The position numbers and the translations under genes were made by a program. From NCBI GenBank assembly GCA_965153355.1, contig OZ231126.1, forward strand, positions 47,306,001-47,370,000: a DNA stretch of 64,000 nt, in the 5' to 3' direction. Shown here in pieces: positions 58,146 to 64,000 of the stretch. Within the stretch, counting starts at the first letter, position 1, and every line of letters starts with the position of its first letter. This DNA comes from Flaccisagitta enflata. Its lineage: Eukaryota. The notes under the pieces are model-generated. The model was not told the DNA's origin. It did not search any database and saw only the letters and a program-made list of their open reading frames with translations.

Positions 58146-58263
58146 GTGGTGGAGGGAGGGGAGGATTGGGAGGAAGCGCAAGAGATGGAGGACGAGTTGG
58201 AGGACCGGGATGACCGCAAATCAGAAAAGGACTAAGTCATAGCTAAGAAGTTCGTTTGTCCGC

Positions 58264-58514
58264 CAGGGGGTATAAAGTTGAGTGTTCCCCCCCCACAAGA
58301 GAGGGGGCAACAATTTTTTAAAAAGATTTTACACTTTTAACAGTTCCAAATAATAGTATTTGATTACTACAACACTGTTTTACACTATTCTGAGTATATT
58401 TATACTGTTTATACTCTACGGGGTAGAAAATCAAAGAATTTTTTGCAGAAAAAAATCCAAGATCAGTGCGGGGGGGGGGAGAAATCAATGGCCGCTCAAC
58501 TTTATACACCCCTG
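58264..58514. mobile_element. hAT-type MITE with 8-bp TSD
   Basis: CAGGGGGTATAAAGTTGAG ... CTCAACTTTATACACCCCTG; flanks TTGTCCGC / TTGTCCAC. A degenerate copy lies at ~4071-4393. Confidence 0.8.
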
Positions 58515-58539
58515 TTGTCCACCCACGGGTCAAACTTTC

Positions 58540-58658
<119 letters not shown>

Positions 58659-60996
58659 TAAAAAAATCTCCGTAATATAAGAACATCGAAGCTGTAGATT
58701 TGAACAGGTTGATTGCAGTACGTATTTAGACAGCTTCAGGATCTGCAAGTGCGAGTATGATTTGTTGGACTGCAAGGGTGATATGTTGGGCATAAACTTC
58801 ATTCTACGTGTGTCAATTTCTCTGTCTATGCGACTCTATGCGTGTCTCTCTGTCGGCCTCTCTTTTAGTAAGAATAAGAGGTGCACGAAATCGCAAAATT
58901 AAGGAAGAACAAAGAAAATGCTGAGAATAAATAAATAACTTTTTTATTTGTCAATATACAGGAAATGAATCACGCCAATTAGGACAAGTTGCGCAAGTTG
59001 CGCAAGGATGCTCGTAATGCCTAAATAGCACTCTTTTTTTAAATAAGGACCAGTAGATTTTTTTTGAGACTGGGATGTTCTTGTTGCTTGCGAAGATCAA
59101 GCTTATACCTTTTTAGCGTTTCATTAATTTTTTCTTTGATTTTCTTTTATGTTATACTCATTGTATAAGTGGAGGTACAGTATGAGTAAATACAAGTTCA
59201 ATATGACAGTAACTATTTTGAATTTGTTCATAGTAAAAAGTACAAATTTAACTGAAAAAAATTGTTATTTTCTATAGACAAGGCTATTTTATCAAAGATT
59301 TTGTGTAATAACTAAATCATTTAATTTGTTTACAAATTTGAGGCTGGGCTTTGTCTTTAAAATGTCCTTAATTTTTACAAAAATTTAGTCTCGTGCCCTT
59401 ATGAACTTTGACCTTACACGAAAAAAAAGTGTACCTCACCTTCACCCTGTTTTAATTTTTTAGAAAAAACGTAAACTCGAAAATGCCAAGAGAGCCAAGT
59501 ATTTTTTCTGATCTATTGATATAAATTTCCATCGATTCAACTTGTGTTCTATCTTCAATAAAAGTCGCGGACACGCGACTCTTTAAGCCACTTATTGGTC
59601 CATCGGTCCGTCGGTCCATCACAAAACTGTTTGAGGTTTTCCGCTCCTGCTCACCCGTCTGCGACTAATGCTGCTGTGTATACGGCCTAGTTTTTAAGTT
59701 TTTTTCTTTCTTCCAGATTTCCTTTTCTCTCGTCCTCTTTTATTTTTTCCTCATTTCAGTAGTTTTTTTTTCGCTTGTTTTTTTCTTTATTCGCTTGTTT
59801 TTTTCTTTATTCTCTTTTTCCCTATTTTCTTCTTCTTTTTCTTTTTCTTTTTCTTTTTCTGTTTCTGTTTCTGTTTCTGTTTCTGTTTCTTTTTCTTTTT
59901 CTTTTTCTTTTTCTTTTTCTTTTTCTTCTTCGTCTTCGTCGTCTTCATGGTCTTTGTCGTCTTCGATGTCTTTAACATCTTCGTCATCTCGGTAATCTTC
60001 GTCATCGTCTTTGTCGTTGTCTTCATCGTCTTCGTCATCGTCTTCGTTGCCTTTGGGTTTGTCTTCATCTTCTTCTCTTCCATCTTCTTCTAACTCTCCC
60101 TCTTGGACCCTTGGTTTTATTCATCCTCCCCCGCCGTACGATTTAAATTGCGTTGAATTCATTAATATGACAGGAAAGAGAGGGAAATTCTGTACTCTCA
60201 CCTTTAATCATAAGTGTTAACTCCTATTCGTTTGGTCACAGTGAAATTTCCAAGTTGGTCATAACAATTACAGAAATGAGGAGTGAATTTTTATTCACGT
60301 TGCGCAGAAAACTGATCGCGCGCGTTCTTAAGCAGGCAGCGTTCGATTTTCGACTTAAGCATAACTAAAACTTGTGTTTAAGACTTTAGAGTTATCTGAA
60401 GAATTTGTCAAGGCAGTTGAGTTCAAAGCAAAGAGCAAATTAAAGTGCGTCGCCTTCAGAGAGCTTAGTCACGATAAGAAAAATTGTCATAACTTCTAAA
60501 CGGTTTAAGCTATCAACGTGAAATTTGAAACATAGACGATTGGTATTATGGCGGACATACGGTTAAAAAATGATGATCGTGAGCGGACATTAACACCAGG
60601 TGACCTCGATCTCTACCCTCCCCTGCCTTTGATTTTGTTCCCTGCGTTTTGAAATTATGATTTTCTTCCCCATAGAGCATTAAAACAGCGTAGTTAAGTT
60701 TTTATTAGTGTTAGATTATGATTTACTAACCAGTTTTTAGTCGCAGACTTGCGACTCTAAGCCACTTTTCGGTCTGTCGGTCGGTCCGTTAGTCCGTCGG
60801 TCCGTCGGTCCGTCGGTCCGTAACAAAGTCACTTTTTGAGGTTTTCTGCTCCTGCCCACCCGTCCGCGACTAATGCCGCCGTGTATACGGCCTTGTTATA
60901 AATTGGTACTGTCAAAAGTTATATTTTTTCCAAATTTTCTTTTTTTCTTTTTTTTTTCCTCTTTCTTCCCTATCATCGAACTCTTTGATTTTTCTC

Positions 60997-61319
60997 CAGG
61001 GGTGTATATTCTTGCATATTCCCCCCCTCCCCCAGTGGGGGTGGAGAATTAAACAAAGGGTTTGGAGATGGGGAAGGAAGAGGAGGGGGAAAAAAGATTT
61101 TAAATTTAAGGAAAATATTGATTTTGGCAGTACCAAATGATAAAACCTAATTAGTACAACACAGTTTAACACTTTTTTAACTTAAAATATACAGTATTAT
61201 TGCTTGATGGGGAAGAAAATTATAGATTTTGCAACGTGACGCTATGTGTCGTGGGGAAGGTAATCAAAGGCAGTGGGGGGGGGAAGAAATCAAAAGCCCT
61301 GCAACTGTATACACCCCTG
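60997..61319. mobile_element. hAT-type MITE with 8-bp TSD
   Basis: CAGGGGTGTATA ... TATACACCCCTG, flanked by TTTTTCTC on both sides. Confidence 0.8.
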
Positions 61320-63402
61320 TTTTTCTCCCCCCTCATGGGCGGGGAACTTAATTATAAACAGGCCTGACTCAAAGTATCCAACAGATTTCAATGGGGAAGC
61401 AAACTTCCCCATGATATTTTGTTGCTTAAGAGATTAACAACAGAAAACTGCCTACTAAACAAAAATCATCCTCAAAACAAGAACAAATATGTTGCGGACA
61501 TTTTCCGTCACACAGATGCGCCGTCCAAATGATATAGGAAGAAGTTTGTTGTGTCCTGAATTAACTGAAGTTTAACAGCGTTATGCAAATTAGGACTTGA
61601 AATAGTGCTGCTAAAAAAATGGAAGATAGACAATTCTTGGAAAAAGAAAAATGGCGAAGGCCTTAAAATTTAGCCCTCCGCATTGGGTTAGGGGGATGAG
61701 AAGAAATTGAAATAACTGTTGCTCTGTGAAGCACCCAAAACGCTGGATAGACTAAACAACCAAACGCTGCTGCAATCAGGTGTGTCAAATACGGGTGATG
61801 ACTGAGTTTGACACCATAACGCTGACGCAAGATGGGGCTGTTGATTTTAAAACGATCACCGTTTTCCTTTTTCCAAAATTCAATCGTCAACCATTTTTTT
61901 TTCGCGATCGCAATCTAATGCAATGTCTGCACTCTCGTTCGCCAAGAAACAATTCATGAACCAAAAAAGACCATCTTACTATTTCATTGAATTTGATATG
62001 ATTAACTCAGACACTTTTCTGTGAAGCTTGGAAGAGGATAGCAGCATTATAATGTAATTGGAGTGCCCCAGTACACAAGGCAAAGGATGAAAAGTCAAAA
62101 TCGTGATTACAACGTTATGCAAATCAGGGGCAAAACGGGGCTTTTAGAAAAAACGGAAGATAACAGAAATTTGAAAAAAGAAAAACAGTGGAGGCATTTA
62201 ATTTAGTAACCCCATGATGCCCTAGCGTTATACTCCCAGGGATTAATGTTTTGCATATTGACACACCCGACTGCTGCAACCTTGTCAACCAACCAGTTAC
62301 CCTGACAAAAACTAGACAGAGGCCAATACAGAGGCGATGGAAATACAATGAAAGGAGCTGTCAAAATCTCTAGCAACCCTTCCCTGAAGCTTAAATATGT
62401 AGTTAATACTACATTGACTTTCAAAGTAGCAACTGATGATATGTCCCAATAAAAATCCCATCATCTAGATTTTTAGTCGTGGACACACAACTCTACACTT
62501 TGCCTTGTGGGTTGGTCGGTAGTTCAGTCCGTCAGTAACATTTTTTAATTCCGAGCAGTTTTTGCATTACTGCCCTTGCCCAACCGTCCGCGACTGGATT
62601 GCCGTGTATCCGGCCTTGTTTTTATTCAACCTAGTTTTCAAGAAATAGCTGTTTGAAGGGTCAAAATTGACTCTTTCCAGAAACATTATAATCTGTCCTA
62701 TTATTGCCATTATCTCAGGTATTTTTAAGAAGGAAATTCAAAAATCACCTTGATGGCGGGAATCAAATGAAGGCACTACCTTGCCAATAAGTATACCGAT
62801 ACCTTCAACTAAAGATATCTCATCTTTTAGAACAGCTACTAATTTTAAAGAAAAAAGAAAATAAACTTTGTCAAATTATCTTCAAAATGAATACATTCTG
62901 GTTCCTGTAGCTTTAACCAATTAAAGATGACAAGCAAAAGAATAAAAACAGTCATTTTAAAAAGGCTTTAAAATCATGAATGAAAAAGTCAATTCTTCAG
63001 AGACAGCTTCTATTAATGATATCTAGGCTTCTAGAAATGCTACACTTTAAAAAAAAAATTAATCATCATTAACAAAAAATCTTTAAGATGAGCGCAATCT
63101 GGTTTCTGTAGCTTTAATCGTTTAGAAGTTACGAGCGAGACAAAAAACGTATATCTAGATTGATTGGTTCAGCAAAGTGTGTTTAAAAGATGTAAGACCA
63201 CTTTGTCCTTAATGATAACAAGGCCGTATACACGGCAGCATTAGTCGCGGACGGGTGGGCAGGAGCGGAAAACCTCGAAAAGTGACTTTGTTACCGACGG
63301 ACCGACGGACCGACCAACGGACCGAAAAGTGGCTTATAGAGTCGCGTGTCCGCGACTAAAAATCTTGAAAGAGTATGGGTTCGCGACTGGGGTCAATCAA
63401 CG

Positions 63403-63656
63403 TTGTCAAACGGCTTTGTAATACGGCGATGTAATACGGCGTTGTAAAACGGTGTTGTAATACGGCTTTGTAATACGGCGTTGTAAAACGTGTCAAACAA
63501 CATTGTCAAACGACATTGTCAAACGATTTTGTCAAACGACATTGTCAAACGTCATTGTTGAATGGCATTGACAAACGGCATGGTCAAACGGCATTGTCAA
63601 ATGGCATTGGCAACAGCATTGTCAAACGGCATTGTCAAATGGCATTGTCAGACAGC
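63403..63656. repeat. 13-bp minisatellite (TTGTAATACGGCG grading into TTGTCAAACGGCA)
   Basis: Directly visible tandem units. Confidence 0.85.
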
Positions 63657-64000
63657 ATATGTGAAGCTGTTTCACTTTGAGTCTCTGTAGCAAGTTTTAA
63701 TCAAATTGGTGGAAGAAGGCCAAAATTATACAAGTTTTTTTTCCCCTTTTAAGAAGGAAGTGTGGTTGAGTAATAAACTGGTTTTGCCGGCTAGCATGCT
63801 AAAATTGTGTTAAATCACATTCAAACATTGTGTCGTTTCATTTGAGTCTACATACTACGTACAAGTTTTAACCGAATTGGCTGAAAATGATTTAAGTTTT
63901 GCACATTTATCACTTTTAGGGTGGTAGGCTGGCTGGCTGGTAGGCCAGTTAGCATGCAAAAAACATAAGCATTGAAACCAAGTATCTAAATATTTTATTG

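Overview
AT-rich, microsatellite- and MITE-rich invertebrate (metazoan) genomic DNA with spliceosomal genes. The minus strand carries four head-to-tail genes: a Deltex-type tandem-WWE protein lacking RING/DTC, TSPO, BTBD9 and TMEM115. The plus strand carries an 11-exon, ~1,830-aa C2H2 zinc-finger gene. Main finding: the last coding exon of TSPO is split at a duplicated TTAA by a ~8.0-kb insert with Kolobok-like ends. The missing TSPO C-terminus (NFEIWRRNPVSNEKTD*) lies 8 kb away, only 335 nt upstream of the BTBD9 ATG. With the insertions removed, the four minus-strand genes are separated by only ~335-570 nt, an operon-like arrangement. Also present: a Penelope-like RT relic followed by four conserved RNA-like hairpins, a 3.7-kb foldback element with a 9-bp TSD beside a splice acceptor, a GC-AG intron, nested MITEs and many DINE-1/HINE-like repeats. 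All exon models were derived by hand from splice signals and frame continuity and have no transcript support.
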